DNA of 64,000 nt from Zootoca vivipara (Eukaryota), in assembly GCF_963506605.1 (NCBI RefSeq), contig NC_083276.1, positions 82,336,001 to 82,400,000 of the forward strand, written 5' to 3'. The notes beneath the pieces were generated by a model that worked only from the letters and a program-made list of their open reading frames with translations, was not told the DNA's origin and did no database searches. The position numbers and the translations under genes were made by a program. Below, piece by piece: positions 13,116 through 26,186 of the stretch; position 1 is the stretch's first letter; every line of letters starts with the position of its first letter.

Positions 13116-15035
13116 TAGTCGCATAATGGAAAGACTACAGCAAAGGGTTAGCTCTTTGATTTACCTGAAGGCTGGGGAGGGGAGAGAATTTTAAAACAAA
13201 AGAAAAAATAGGAATAAAAACTAATGCTCATTATCTATATATATATCCAGAGTTATACAGGATGATATTCAATATCAGTTATACCCATTGTGCTAGGCTG
13301 GCACAATGAGACCGCTGAACTTTCGTAATGTACATTCATTGATTATAATAGGTCTAAGCTCTGAATATGACAGTTGGATATCATCCATACTGTATATTAT
13401 TGTTTCAAATAGAGAGTTTCACTAGCCTTCATAAAGTAACCAAAAGGAAGAAAAATAATATATTTGTATGTACAGTATCTACAATAAATAAAAATGAGAA
13501 CATGGTGATAGTGGTAGTTGTAGTACTATGAGTAGATTTTTAGAAGGTTCTTATTGCTTAGAAGGGATAGATATGGAGATTGTATTGATTGCTATTTCCG
13601 TGCGAAACCAGACAAATAAACAAGTAGAAGGCACAAATATAGACATGTTGGAATTTAGATTTTCAGATAACACTGGTTGCACATTGGCTTGAAATTGATT
13701 GTTCCAGTGATTTATTGATATGGGCCATCTCTCAGTGAGCTTGTCTTCTGTCTTTTGCTTAGCCCTATGTTTCTCTTGGCTTAGAAGTATGTAAATTTTA
13801 TTAATGTATGCAACTAACTACCATTTCAAAAGTAGCTTTGTGAATATAAGAAAGGGTTTCTTGAAAATGAGAAAGGTGATTCATGATTTGCATATTAATT
13901 ATTTATGAATAAATAAGAATAAAAAATTATGCTTATTATCCAAAAATTATTATGGAACTTTACAATCTCTCCCCCCCCCCGGCCAATCCAACTTGGTGCT
14001 GGTGCTTAGGTGGTTCAGAGATGATTTGGCGTTGGGGTGTACTGTGAGGTGGCCAAGCTTGCTAAACAAACCAGATTATTTGGGATGATGAAAACAAAAA
14101 AAGGATTGCAAAGATCTTCAGATATCTATAACTGGCAAATGTAATTCAATGTAAGAGATTAATATGGGGTAAAAATAATAATCCTAATTTCATATATATG
14201 CTAACAGGGACTCAACTGGTGGTGATTGATCAGGAAGATAGTTAAATATCTATATCTCTGCATATATTAGTCTGCTACTTAGAGTGAAGAAAAAAATGTT
14301 GGATTGTTTAAGTGAGAGAGTGGTTTCTATAGGCACAATCCTATCTATACTCTCAAGCAGTTCTTTCAAAAAGTTAAGGCATTACAAACATTTTAAATAT
14401 CCCCATTATAGCTTCGTTGCTCCAAAACAAGATTCTGATTTGGGTCTGAACAAAGCAAGTAGCCTCCGAAGTGCTCCAGGCCAAAGCACACCACTTTCTG
14501 AATCAACTGGTCGAGGTCCAAACCAAATCTTGTGTTCTGTGCACACCTCTAATATCTATGGTCAGTACTAAAAGTTGTGACGTGTTCTACAAAAGACATT
14601 TCCTTTTTCTCCTTAAGGGAAATAAGCCTTTCTGGTATTACTCTGTTTATTTATAAGTATTTTTAGGAAGGTTGCAATAGCCTTTTCATAGTTAAGGTGG
14701 AATTTAATTATATCATATATGGTATAAAAATGCAGTTTTTAAGCAGCTCCTTTTTTTTTGAAGGGGCTACTTGTTAAAGGGGTTTTAAGTTTATTTTTAT
14801 TAGTTTTCAAATTGCTATAGAACCCCGAGGACAGATAAACAATAACATACAAAAACTAAACAAATTAAATAATAACAACACCCAATCTAAGATCAAGACA
14901 TCCATATTTCCCTAGAAGGTGCAGAGAGAGATAACTGTAAATCTGAAACTATATGGGATTACACACATGAGAGAGGAACTTTACAGAACTGATTGTCCAC
15001 TTGTCAGACTTAGGGAATGATATTATGCGCTCTGA

Positions 15036-15660
15036 TAATAATAATAATAATTTCTTATTTATACCCTGCCCATCTGGCTGGGTTTCCCCAGCCACTCTAG
15101 GCAGCTCCCAACAAAATATTAAAAACAATAAAACATCAAACATTAAAAACTTCCCTAAACAGGGTTGCCTTCAGATGCCATCTAAAAGTCAGATAGTTGT
15201 TTATTTCCTTGACATCTGATGGGAGGGTGTTCCACAGGGCAGGCGTCATTACTGAGAAGGCCCTCTGCCTGGTGCTCTATAACCTCATTTCTTGCAGTGA
15301 AGGAACCACCAGAAGGCCTTCGGAGCTGGACCTCAGTGTCTGGGCTGAACAGGGCCGGCCCTACGGCCAGGCTGGGTGGTGCAGGGCACCACGGCGCTGG
15401 CCCGCCAGAGGGGCGCCACGAGTTGCGCCCGCCCGCTGGCCGGGCAGTCCACCGGTCTGCTGCGCAGCTACGCCCACAGCACCCGCGCTGTGCCTGCCTG
15501 CCCGCCGTGCAGCAGCGCCTGTGGCAGCCGCGCTGCACCCGCCCGCCTGCCGCGCTGGAAAACGGGGCAGGGGGGCGCCGGAGGGATCCGTCGCACCACG
15601 GCGCCAGGGGCGCTTAAGACGGCCCTGGGGCTGAACGATGGGGGTGGAGATGCTCCTTCT
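15036..15660 (-). mobile_element. L2-type LINE 3' fragment, interrupted by a hAT MITE
   Basis: (TAA)n tail and sequence matching the L2 at 23724-24462. Confidence 0.8.
15350..15627. mobile_element. GC/CpG-rich hAT MITE nested in L2
   Basis: TIRs CAGGGCCG / CGGCCCTG; perfect 8-bp TSD gggctgaa at 15342-15349 and 15628-15635. Confidence 0.88.
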
Positions 15661-16095
15661 GACCTTCATAGGGGGTTAAGAGCAGTAATAGTTGAGCAGT
15701 GGGGGAAGAAGCACCAAGTTATCCTCTTCCTGTTGCAGGTGTGAACGGGAACGGAATAGATTGAAACGGATGATCAGTTCCTTGAGGCATGTTTGAGGTA
15801 AACTGTGATGCCAGAGTATTTTACGCTTTGTGACGTCATGGCAAAGGGTATGGCTCACTGTTGAGCTTAACCTGTGTCACACATTTTGGGTTTTGCAAGC
15901 TTAATGGGCCATGAATCAGGAAGACGAAGAAGTCCCTCCTCACCTTTAAGGGCGTGGCATGACAGGTACATGTCCACCTGCAAACCTATTCCACAGCTAT
16001 CATAAGCAGAAGTGTATGCAGTTGGGTGATGAGGGTATCATGGCTGGGCGCATATCACATTCAGTGGTACAGACTCTCCTCACTATGCTGTAATG

Positions 16096-16433
16096 GAGAA
16101 AGGTTGTAAGGGAGAAAGGTTGTTTTCTGCTGCTCCAGGGAAGCGGACACGGAGCAATGGATTCAAACTACAAGAAAGAAGATTCCACCTAAACATTAGG
16201 AAGAACTTCCTGACAGTATGAGCTGTTCAACAGTGGAATTTGCTACCAAGGAGTGTGGTGGAGTCTCCTTCTTTGGAGGTCTTTAAGCAGAGGCTTGACA
16301 GGCATATGTCAAGAATGCTTTGATGGGGGTTGGACTGGATGGCCCTTGTGGTCTCTTCCAACTCTATGATCCTGCTTGGCAGGGGGTTGGACTGGATGAC
16401 CCTTGTGGTCTCTTCCAACTCTATGATTCTATG
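16096..16433 (+). mobile_element. CR1 LINE 3' end
   Basis: Typical CR1 terminus (aacattaggaagaacttcctgac...tcttccaactctatgattctatg); the terminal ~45 bp occurs twice. Confidence 0.8.
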
Positions 16434-17709
16434 CATCTCTCCTCCTGTGGGTGAAATGAAATTGACCGTTATTCCTGTGGTGTCCACCCTTTATTGAAAT
16501 TTGCAAAATTAAATTAAGTTACACCCCCTAAAATGGCATGGGGCAAGGGTGTGGCAAGGGGAGTTGGAAATTAAGGCCAGCTTGACTACAGCTTGTAGGC
16601 TTACCCAATTAACAGACTTAGGAGCCTGATAGAATTTGAAGATGCTTCTGTACACGGTTGTTATTTATAAACTCGAGTATGTTCTTCTTATATTTAATAA
16701 AACCATCCTCATTCTACACCATACTTGGTGTTCTGCCTCATTATTTCTGGTTTCCTAACATAAAAGCACACTTTCTTCTTTTGGGAGTAGGGAATGGTTT
16801 TGAACAGAAAATGATTCCCTAGCTCCAATATTGTTTTCTCTACTATCAAGGGAAAACAACTCAAGCCAAACGATTTTGTGCTCAAGGGACTAAAGCTCTT
16901 GACATCAGGCAACCTAGTATAAATGTACCAACACTTTCAGACCATTGTATCTTTCTGAAATGAGAAAGGGGCATTATTTAGAGACATAAATTTAGGGTAA
17001 GTATTAACTAGCAGGATGAGAGAGTTGAATTTTGCTCTGTTGGAAAGGTTGACAAAAGGGTTGTGACTGAGTAGAAGACTAGGAAACAAAGATGTTTCCC
17101 GATGCCATTACAGCATTTGCTAAAGTTGCAGTTGCAATAATCAAACTTCAATGGGTCTAGCTGTCACCTAAAGCTTTCAGCTGTAATCTGGTGCCCACTG
17201 ATCCCATTAAATTCAGTGAGATTTACTTTTGAGCATACGTGTACAGGATTGCTTTCTCAGTGAGGCACAGAGCTAAAGAGCTCACTCAATTAATTTGTTT
17301 TAACCTGTTTGGGTTGTGGTGCATTACTGTGAAAAAAATCAGTATGAAAGAATCAGTATGAATGATGACTTCTCCTAACAATTGGCCACAGATTTCAATT
17401 GAAGAAAAAAACAACCCAGTTAGGTTATATTTGTTTCAATACGATTAAAAAAACATGATGTCAAGGGGGTTATTAAAAAGTCAGTCAAATACTTTAAATT
17501 CAGAATGCTGATAACGCAAGTTGTTTAATCAGTTGACAGCTGTAATAATTGGAGAGCTTCTGGTTGTGCTGTGGCCTGCCAAACTACATCTAGTGGTAAC
17601 CTAGGCTAAGCCAGGCCTTTTTCTGTTGCAGAATCCAGTCTCTGGGATCTCTCTCTGGGAAATAAAGGTTGGTAGCAGCTCTGCTGAGTTTTTGGTGCCT
17701 CCTGAACAT

Positions 17710-17799
17710 CATAGCTGCCAAGTTAGCCCTTTTTTAAAGGGATTTTCCCTCATGCTGAATAGGCTTCCTCGCGAGAAAAGGGAAAACTTGGCAGCTATG
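17710..17799. mobile_element. 90-bp hAT MITE
   Basis: TIRs CATAGCTGCCAAGTT / AACTTGGCAGCTATG; perfect TSD ctgaacat. Confidence 0.88.
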
Positions 17800-18334
17800 C
17801 TGAACATGCATTTATTAACCCATTTTGTTGGTTACTGACACCAAACTTTGAGACATTATCTGGAAACTGCTGTCTCTAGTGCCTTCACTGCCCAGCATTT
17901 TCATTTTCTTACAATAGTTAAGATTCTTTGGAGGGGAATTTTGAAAGATAAGAGGAGGAAGAAAAATAAGGAAGAGGAGAAGGAGCATTACATGAGCCAA
18001 CCATAACATGACCTTCATTCTCTCATTTGAACTATCATAATGGAGATTGCTGGGGAAAGATCCACATTTCCCCAAAAAACTTATGAGATTTCGGCTTTAA
18101 AATTATAATTAAATCATATTTTTCTCATGAACAGTAACTACATACCTTTTAAAATTCAAATCCCTGGGGAAACCCAGCCAGGTGGACAGGGTATAAATAA
18201 TAAAATTATTAAGAAATATTGTGAATGATGTACACCAGGCACTGAAATATTATTTCCACCCTCTCAAATAACAGAATATATACACATAGCTATACATATA
18301 GACAGACAGCTATATCAAGTGCTTGCAAGTGCAC

Positions 18335-19285
18335 ATGGATGGGGACAATTGCACTATGGTGGATGAGTTCATTCTTGCAGGATTCACAGATCGATCCAAG
18401 CTGCAGATCACCCTCTTCATAGTCTTCTTGCTGATCTACATTATCACTGTGATGGGGAATATTGGGATCATTGTAATCGTGAGGACTTGCTCTCAGCTTC
18501 AGACGCCAATGTATTTCTTCCTTAGCAACTTATCCTTCCTGGACCTGTGCTATTCGTCTGTTGTAACACCCAAGATGCTAGTGAGTCTTTTTTCTCATAG
18601 AAAAGCCATCTCCTACTCTGGCTGTTTCACCCAGTTGTTTTTTTATATTATTGGTGCAACAACAGAATGTTACCTCTTGGCTGCCATGGCATACGATCGC
18701 TATGTCGCCATCTGTAACCCACTGCTCTACACAGTCATTATGTCTCAAAGGCTATGTATTTTGTTGGTTTTTGCTTCTTATGTAGCTGGGTTTATAAATG
18801 CACTAGTAAATACAGGATTTACCTTAACAGTGTCCTTTGGTGACTCTAATGTCGTCAACCATTTCTTCTGTGATTGGCCACCATTGATTCAGTTGGCCTG
18901 CTCTGATACCAGTCTCAACCAAATCCTTGTTTTTGCTATTGCTGGATTTAATGAGGTTACCACCACATTGGTAGTTCTCATCTCTTACACCTGCATCTTC
19001 TCTACCATCCTCAGAATACGCTCCAATGACAGTAAGCGCAAAGCTTTCTCCACCTGTACATCTCATCTGACCACTGTCAGTCTGTTTTACGGGACCCTCC
19101 TCTTTATGTACTTGCGACCCAGCTCCAGCTACTCTATGGGACAGGATAAAATAATTGCTGCAGTCTACACAGTGTTGATCCCTTTGGTGAATCCCCTGAT
19201 CTATAGTCTCAGAAACAAGGTTGTGAAAGAAGCTTTCATGAAAGGAATGGGGAAGCTGAGGATTACTTTAGCAATCATCTGCTAG
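18335..19285 (+). CDS. Olfactory receptor, class II (OR-D), intact; paralog of OR-C
   Basis: Same motifs and clear similarity to OR-C throughout. Confidence 0.96.
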   Translation: MDGDNCTMVDEFILAGFTDRSKLQITLFIVFLLIYIITVMGNIGIIVIVRTCSQLQTPMYFFLSNLSFLDLCYSSVVTPKMLVSLFSHRKAISYSGCFTQLFFYIIGATTECYLLAAMAYDRYVAICNPLLYTVIMSQRLCILLVFASYVAGFINALVNTGFTLTVSFGDSNVVNHFFCDWPPLIQLACSDTSLNQILVFAIAGFNEVTTTLVVLISYTCIFSTILRIRSNDSKRKAFSTCTSHLTTVSLFYGTLLFMYLRPSSSYSMGQDKIIAAVYTVLIPLVNPLIYSLRNKVVKEAFMKGMGKLRITLAIIC

Positions 19286-19966
19286 GTAGAACCCGAAGAA
19301 TAGGGAGCAGAGAATATTTTTGAAATGCAAGAAAAGTTATGAGTAAAAAATAATCACACTTAATAAGCCCAATGAATTTAAGAGATTTAAATAATGTACA
19401 TCCTGTGACTTCAATAGTTCTATTCTCTGAGTATGACAGCTGGAGGTCATCCATTTTTCATTATTTCAAAAAAGAGAATCATACAAGCTTTCAGAATGTG
19501 ATGAAATGACCAAAAAAAATGTGTAAATACAATATATACAGTAAAGAAAAATATAAGAACATTGCAATTGTAGCAGTACATATTTAGAAAGTTCTTAGTT
19601 ATTAGAGTGGACCTGGAGATTGTCCATGAGACTAATCCAGACAAAGACACAGATATGAGGAACAAACTCATGAGAATACAGATATTCAAAACAAAGAAAA
19701 AAAGAAGAAATGGGTGCACATTGGCTTCAAATCTGTGACTCCAATAATTTATTAATAAAGACCAACTCTGTAAACTTGTCATCTTTTGTCTTTCACTTAG
19801 TTTGATGTTTCATTTAGCCCTGGAGAATATGTGTGTTTTGTTGACATACAAAACTCCCTTTTCAAATGTACTTTTTTCTGTGATGCTCATTTTAAAGGAT
19901 AAATTTTGAATAAATAAATAAATTTGAGTCATTAAATACAACAAATTCTGGTTGCTGTTGTTCAAT

Positions 19967-20108
19967 AATAATTTATAATAATAATTTATTATTTATACCC
20001 CGCCCATCTGGCTGGGTTTCCCCAACCACTCTGGGTGGCTTCCAACAAAATTTTAAAATACATTGGTCTGTTAAACATTATAAGCTTCCCTAAACAGGGC
20101 TGCCTTCA
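19967..20108 (-). mobile_element. L2-type LINE 3' end
   Basis: Matches the tail at 23724-23895. Confidence 0.7.
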
Positions 20109-20159
20109 AAAATAATAATAATAAAATATTATGTAACACTATTGTTTTTTCACAATGGA

Positions 20160-20324
20160 NNNNNNNNNNNNNNNNNNNNNNNNNNNNNNNNNNNNNNNNN
20201 NNNNNNNNNNNNNNNNNNNNNNNNNNNNNNNNNNNNNNNNNNNNNNNNNNNNNNNNNNNNNNNNNNNNNNNNNNNNNNNNNNNNNNNNNNNNNNNNNNNN
20301 NNNNNNNNNNNNNNNNNNNNNNNN
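20160..20324. other. Assembly gap (165 N)
   Basis: Run of N. Confidence 1.
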
Positions 20325-20444
20325 AGAAAAGTGAATAAGGAGGTCCATAACAGGGTAACTCGTGGTCATCTAATAAAACTACATCTTGGGAGACAAAAAA
20401 ATGTACTTCCTCACACACTTCATGGAATTCACTAACACAAATAT

Positions 20445-20536
20445 ACTGAAAAAATTCCTTCAGTAGCACCTTAAAGACCAACTAAGTTTTTATTTTGGTA
20501 TGAGCTTTCGTGTGCATGCACACTTCTTCAGATACC
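20445..20536. mobile_element. Short Penelope-like terminal fragment
   Basis: cagtagcaccttaaagaccaac...atgagctttcgtgtgcatgcacacttcttcagatac resembles a common reptile Penelope-type end (recognition only). Confidence 0.4.
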
Positions 20537-21312
20537 ACCACAAATATACTGGTGGTCACCAACAAGGACAACTTTCAAAGGGGATTAGAGACATAAAGAA
20601 GGATCAGGCAAATTCATGGAGGATAAGTTGCTCAGTGGCTACTAGTTATTGTAGCTATAAGTCACCTCCAGTATCAAAGGCCACATTTTTCTGAAACCAT
20701 GTTCCTGGGTTCCAGCTCAAAGGTATAGCATAGCCTATGTGCATTCAGCAGGCTCCCCCTCTACAGACATGCCCCCAACATGTGGAGAGCAGAGGATGGG
20801 GCCAGCAGAGGATTTGACTGTAGGAGCGGAGCTAGAGTGCATGGCTCTGTTTCCCCCCCCCCACATAATGCAGAAAATAACCCTGGAGGGGAAAACACAC
20901 AGCAATGTACATAAAGCTGTACACAGTACTTTAATTTCCTTTTATTTTTTATTATTTGTATACTAGGGTTGACATATTCCCAAAAGTGAAAATCTGGACA
21001 GAGTTGTTGAGCACAAATCCGCCCGGACGCCATTTATCAGAGCGGTTCCCAGACGTATGGCAGCCATATTGTCAGTGCAGCATTTATGTATGAGTTAAAG
21101 TAGCCTCTCTTGCCCCCCCCCCCGAAAAAAAATTAAAGGGGGGAAAACTTGATGTACATTTCAAAAATAAAAGATAAAAAACAAATAAAATAAAACCTAC
21201 ATACAGCAACAGTGTTTTGTGTTGTGTAGGCTCCTATGATGTAAGTAATAGGCCCCACCTGCTAGCCTGCTCCCTAAAATATCACTGCTTTGCTCATTTC
21301 TATATATAGGGT

Positions 21313-21897
21313 TCTTCTTGGGCTCCTTGATCACTGCAGATGGTGACATCAATCACAAAATTAAAAGGCTCCTGCTTCTTGGGAGAAAAGCAATGACAAA
21401 CCTAGACAGCATCTTAAAAAGCAGAGACATCACCTTGCCGACAAAGGTCCGTATAGTTAAAGCTATGGTTTTCCCAGTAGTGATGTATGGAAGTGAGAGT
21501 TGGACCATAAAGAAGGCTGATCGCCGAAGAATTGATGCTTTTGAATTATGGTGCTGGAGGAGACTCTTGAGAGTCCCATGGACTGCAAGAAGATCAAACC
21601 TATCCATTCTGAAGGAAATCAGCCCTGAGTGCTCACTGGAAGGACAGATCCTGAAGCTGAGGCTCCAATACTTTGGCCACCTCATGAGAAGAGAAGACTC
21701 CCTGGAAAAGACCCTGATGTTGGGAAAGATTGAGGGCACTAGGAGAAGGGGACAACAGAGGACGAGATGGTTGGGCCGTGTTCTCGAAGCTACGAACATG
21801 AGTCTGACCAAACTGTGGGTGGCAGTGGAAGACAGGCGTGCTCTGGTCCATGGGGTCACGAAGAGTCGGACACGACTAAACGACTAAACAACAACAA
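21313..21897 (+). mobile_element. RTE-BovB LINE, 5'-truncated
   Basis: Open 189-aa frame (LKSRDITLPTKVRIVKAMVFPVVMYGSESW...FELWCWRRLLRVPW) and GACTAAAC(AAC)n tail. Confidence 0.93.
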
Positions 21898-22067
21898 AGA
21901 TTCTGTTTAGCAGCTTCAGCTTTTGTAGCTGGAGTCAGTCTGGGATGCACCCTCCCAGGCCAGGTGGGAAGAGGTCTGCAAGGCAGGGAGCAGGTTTTCC
22001 AGGACTCATGACCAAGAAGGTCTCCAGCAGCCTCAGCAGCCTCAGCTTTTGCAGCTGGAGGCAGTGG

Positions 22068-22142
22068 AAGACAGAAGTGCCTGGCGTGCTCTGGTCCATG
22101 GGATCACGAAGAGCCAGACACGACTAAACAACAACAACAAAA
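22068..22142 (+). mobile_element. Second BovB 3' tail
   Basis: ggcagtggaagacag...gacacgactaaacaacaacaa. Confidence 0.85.
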
Positions 22143-22604
22143 ATAGGGTGCCTACCAGTACATTCTGCATGGACTGGCTGCATGGCAACATGTGCAAATG
22201 GCTTTAGATACCTATTAGGTCCATGAATTACCATATAGTATATATTCAAAAACACATACAAAAAAAACAGTGACAATTTGTTGTTGACAAAGGACAGCTG
22301 GACATATAAAGGGCCCCATTGCTTTCAGTAGCTTAGGGACTCATCAAACCTAAATCCGGCCCTGCATATTGTATACCACCTTTTACCAAAGGGCAGTCCA
22401 CAACATACAAAACGAGAAGACAAAATACATAATAAAACAAGAACAAACCAATAACACACAGACACACCCACCCAAAAAACCCACACATTTAAAAGGCCAA
22501 ATGCTGGGTCACAGAGGAATATTTTCACCTGGCACCTAAAGATATGTAATGAAGGTGCCGGCCAAGCCTTGATGTGTGTTTGAGAGGATGAAATGTTTTC
22601 TAAG

Positions 22605-22855
22605 CACAGCTGCCAAGTCTCCCGTATTCCCTGGGAAACCCCCGTTTTTCCAGCTGTTCCCAGCTGAAAAAAACGGATTTTTTTGTTTTTCCCCAGTTTA
22701 TTCTGGCGCGGCGGCCATTTTGGAACTGGGCAAAGCATGCTCAGAAGCGACTTTTGATGCTGCTTTGCCCAGTTCCAAAATGGCTGCAGCGCGACTTCCG
22801 GTCTGCTACTTCCGGTCCAGTCCCTTATTTCTCAGGCCGGAACTTGGCAGGTATG
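22605..22855. mobile_element. hAT-type MITE, same family as 9417-9760
   Basis: Same TIRs and body; TSD tttctaag/tttataag. Confidence 0.82.
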
Positions 22856-23039
22856 TTTATAAGGGTGGGTAACAAATGCATAAACTTTTAGTATGAACGC
22901 ACACTGCAACAGCAAGCTCATGGTAGAAAGTGAGCAGGGATATGTGTGGAGCCAACCCCCTGGTGTCAGCCTTGCTGTTGCTTTCCTACATGGAGCTAAG
23001 CCATTAGCCATGAGGTTGAGGTGACATGGGGACTCACTC

Positions 23040-23082
23040 TTTTCTTTTCTTTTCTTTTCTTTTCTTTTCTTTTCTTTTCTTT
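23040..23082. repeat. (TTTTC)n microsatellite
   Basis: Direct reading. Confidence 0.95.
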
Positions 23083-23722
23083 TGTTGCTTTATTCTGGTA
23101 ACTTTCTTTATTGACCACTTTAAAATAAAGGAATAATTGGGCTTTTAGCTAATACCCAGTATGCCTTATTAAAAACTGCTTGTTGCATGTATAGGGAAAT
23201 CATGCCATTTTTATGTAGAGAGAGAGAACAGGATAACAATATTTATAGTTTGTGTAATGACAGCTAACAGCACTCAGTGAGCTTTACTTCTGCCCTGCCA
23301 GAGACATGCTTGTGAATTTGAATAAAAGCATTTATTTGACCAGCATTTTACACATGGCAAAAATTAATGTGCCCTGGTATGTTTGGGTGGTAGTGGGGAC
23401 CATTCCATAGATAATTGTGGCCAGATCTGCATAGAAACGGCCACCTGGGTCAGGAAAATAAATGCTGCATAATCTGTCCCTGGGAGAATCAACCTAACAA
23501 GCTCATTTGAGAGGGAAATAAGATGTGAGTGTCTAACTAAATTCCTTGCTATAGCTGCTTATTTTTCTCCATAGATGTGTGTGTATTTATTTGTCTGCAA
23601 CAATTAAAACTATAGGCATGCAAGCAATGTCAAGGGAATACTGAATCTTTAGAGGTATGATTCTGTCTTTCTATTATTTAGAACCTCATTCAAGGACAAT
23701 AGAACAATAAAAAATCAAGAAT

Positions 23723-23723
<1 letters not shown>

Positions 23724-23777
<54 letters not shown>

Positions 23778-24462
23778 TTTATACCCCGCCCATCTGGCTG
23801 GGTTTCCCCAGCCACTATGGGCGGCTTACAACAGAAAAATGAAATAAAATAATCTATTAAACATTAAAAGCCTCCCTAAACAGGGCTGCCTTCAGATGTC
23901 TTCCAAAAATCTGGTAGCTGTTTTATCTCTTTGACATCTGATGGGAGGGCATTCCACAGGGCGGGCGCCACCACCGAGAAGGCCCTCTGCCTGGTTCCCT
24001 GCAATTTGGCTTCTCGCAACGAGGGAACCGGCAGAAGGCCCTCGGTACTGGACCTCAGTGTCTGGGCAGAACGATGGGGATGGAGATGCTCCTTCAGGTA
24101 TACTGGACCGAGGCAATTTAGGGCTTTAACGGTCAGCACCAACACTTTGAATTGTGCCCAGAAACGTACTGGGAGCCAATGCAGATCTTTCAAGACTGGT
24201 GTTATGTGGTCTTGGCGGCCGCTCCCAGTCACCAGTCTAGCTGCCGCATTCAGGATTAGTTGTAGTTTCCGAGTCACCTTCAAAGGTAGCCCCACGTAGA
24301 GCGCATTGCAGTAGTCCAAGCGAGAGATAACTAGAGCATGCACCACTCTGGTGAGACAGTCTGCAGACAGGTAGGGTCTCAGCCTGCGTACCAGATGGAG
24401 CTGATAGACAGCTGCCCTGGACACAGAATTGACCTGTGCCTCCATGGACAGCTGTGAGTCCA
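23724..24462 (-). mobile_element. L2-type LINE 3' fragment
   Basis: Open ORF2 C-terminus (HALVISRLDYCNALY...HITPVLKDLHWLPV) and (TAA)n tail. Confidence 0.9.
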
Positions 24463-24719
24463 GAAACGTTCTGTGTGAGTGCCTGCAGGTCCTGTCCCTG
24501 CCTCTCACCACCTGGCCTAGGGCGGGGCCTGGCAGGCCTCATAAGGACTGCTGCTTCCAACTCTGCTGCTGCCCAGGAGGACTCATTATTGGGTTGTATT
24601 CTGTGTTTGTCTAAGTCAGGGTAAAGCCATTAATAATTTCTTCAGCTGCTGGAGGTGGATTTTCTTTGGCCGAGCTGCATGAGATCTAGAGCCACACTTC
24701 CATTCTACCTACACCATTC

Positions 24720-24720
<1 letters not shown>

Positions 24721-24767
<47 letters not shown>

Positions 24768-25463
24768 AGATTTTCTTATTTTACAAAGGTAGTACAATGT
24801 CTCTCTCATATTTTTTCCATGTAGCAATTTTACAAATCAGTTTCGTTTGTTGCGACATTAGGAAGGAAAGGGTGGAAGAGGTGGGCAGGATAGGGAGATG
24901 GGTGGGGTGGGATAATGATGTTTATATTTTACTTGATATTTGTAAGGTTTGGTGTCAGCGTTGTTAGTGCAGGTTCTCTGTTGTTCACTTGTGCTCCTTT
25001 GGTGGTCGGGGTTGGTGTAAGCTGTGATTGTTCATTTGTGGTTGGCTGTGATGGTCTTTGGTTTCCTGTGTGAGTGTTTTTGATCAGGTTAGCCATATTG
25101 ATTTGTATGCAGTTGGTAGATTTTTGTCATTGTCTTGTATGTGATGAAGGGGAACCATACCAGGTTGAAGGCGTCTTCTTCTGTTTGTCCCCGTGTCAGT
25201 TTCAGCTTAATGGTTAGTTTTTCTAGTAGGGCCGTTTCCCATACAACTTGGTACCATTGGTCCATGCTTACTCCTGACAGGATCTGGTTATGATGTTTCT
25301 GGTTGCTGAGAGTAGGTGGGTTCTTCGTGGCCTGAGTGGGCATTGTTGTCTTGGAAGATGTTTAGTAAGACCAATTCTGGGGTGATTTCTAGCACTTGCT
25401 TAGTTCTCTTACATATTTCTCGTACGGTTGTTGTCCAGAATAGTTGGATTTGGGGGCACTGCC
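24721..25463 (-). mobile_element. L1-like LINE 3' fragment
   Basis: (ATT)n tail, degenerate ORF2 C-terminus (WYQVVWE..EKLT..LVWFPFITY), 14-bp TSD acctacaccattct/acctgcaccattct at 24707 and 25464. Confidence 0.7.
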
Positions 25464-26186
25464 ACCTGCACCATTCTTGTATGATCATTGATCACAATGT
25501 TGCAGTCACTCGAAAACAGGCTTCAAATATTGCGTGTAGCAAGTGCCATAGTCTGTAGATCAGCTTGCACTGTGAAATGCTACCTACTGTAGCTATTGTA
25601 CGAGTTAATGCTGAAGGGAAGGTCTTTGCCTCTGAAGGATCTTGGGAGAAAAGAGAGGGTTCCAGCCCTTCTTACCTGTCTGATCCTTATCATGGGAAGC
25701 TGTGAAGAAGGAGAGCAGATGCTCTGCCTTGAATTCAAAAGCAAATGGTACTTGAGTGTTCAGGAGCTGTTTTTCATTCACTTTTATGACCTTTGGGGTT
25801 TAATCTCTGGAGCAATTTGAGAATTCCCCATCTTGGGGAAAAGAAACATTATGACAAAACTTTAGTTGCAATGTTTTTTTTCCTAGAAAAAATGGGTGCC
25901 GGTACTCACCATGAAGTTGTTCCAGTAAGTGCCCAGTTTTAAACAACAAGAAAGAGATGCCAGTACCACATCCCTTTGAGTACCCCCTGAAAAAAGCACT
26001 GTATTAGTTGTATTTATCATTGCTCTCTTTTTTTCTAAAAAAAAAAAAGTTTAGGGGTACTCTCATTTTCCTACTCATATTGAAATACTGCCCCTCAATG
26101 AAGCCAAACTTAGATTCACAAAATGTTTAAGAGTATGCGTACCCCTGCATCCCCCCCAAAAAAAGCTCTGATTATTATAATGCACA

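Noticed and set aside
15182-15744. GC-rich ORFs suggesting a CpG-island gene
   Set aside because: Explained by a hAT MITE nested in L2.
15700-16900. Possible old LTR remnants (also 56520-56940)
   Set aside because: AATAAA-containing LTR-like texture, but no definable termini, PBS or TSD.
20071-20481. ORFs spanning the N run
   Set aside because: Assembly gap artefact.
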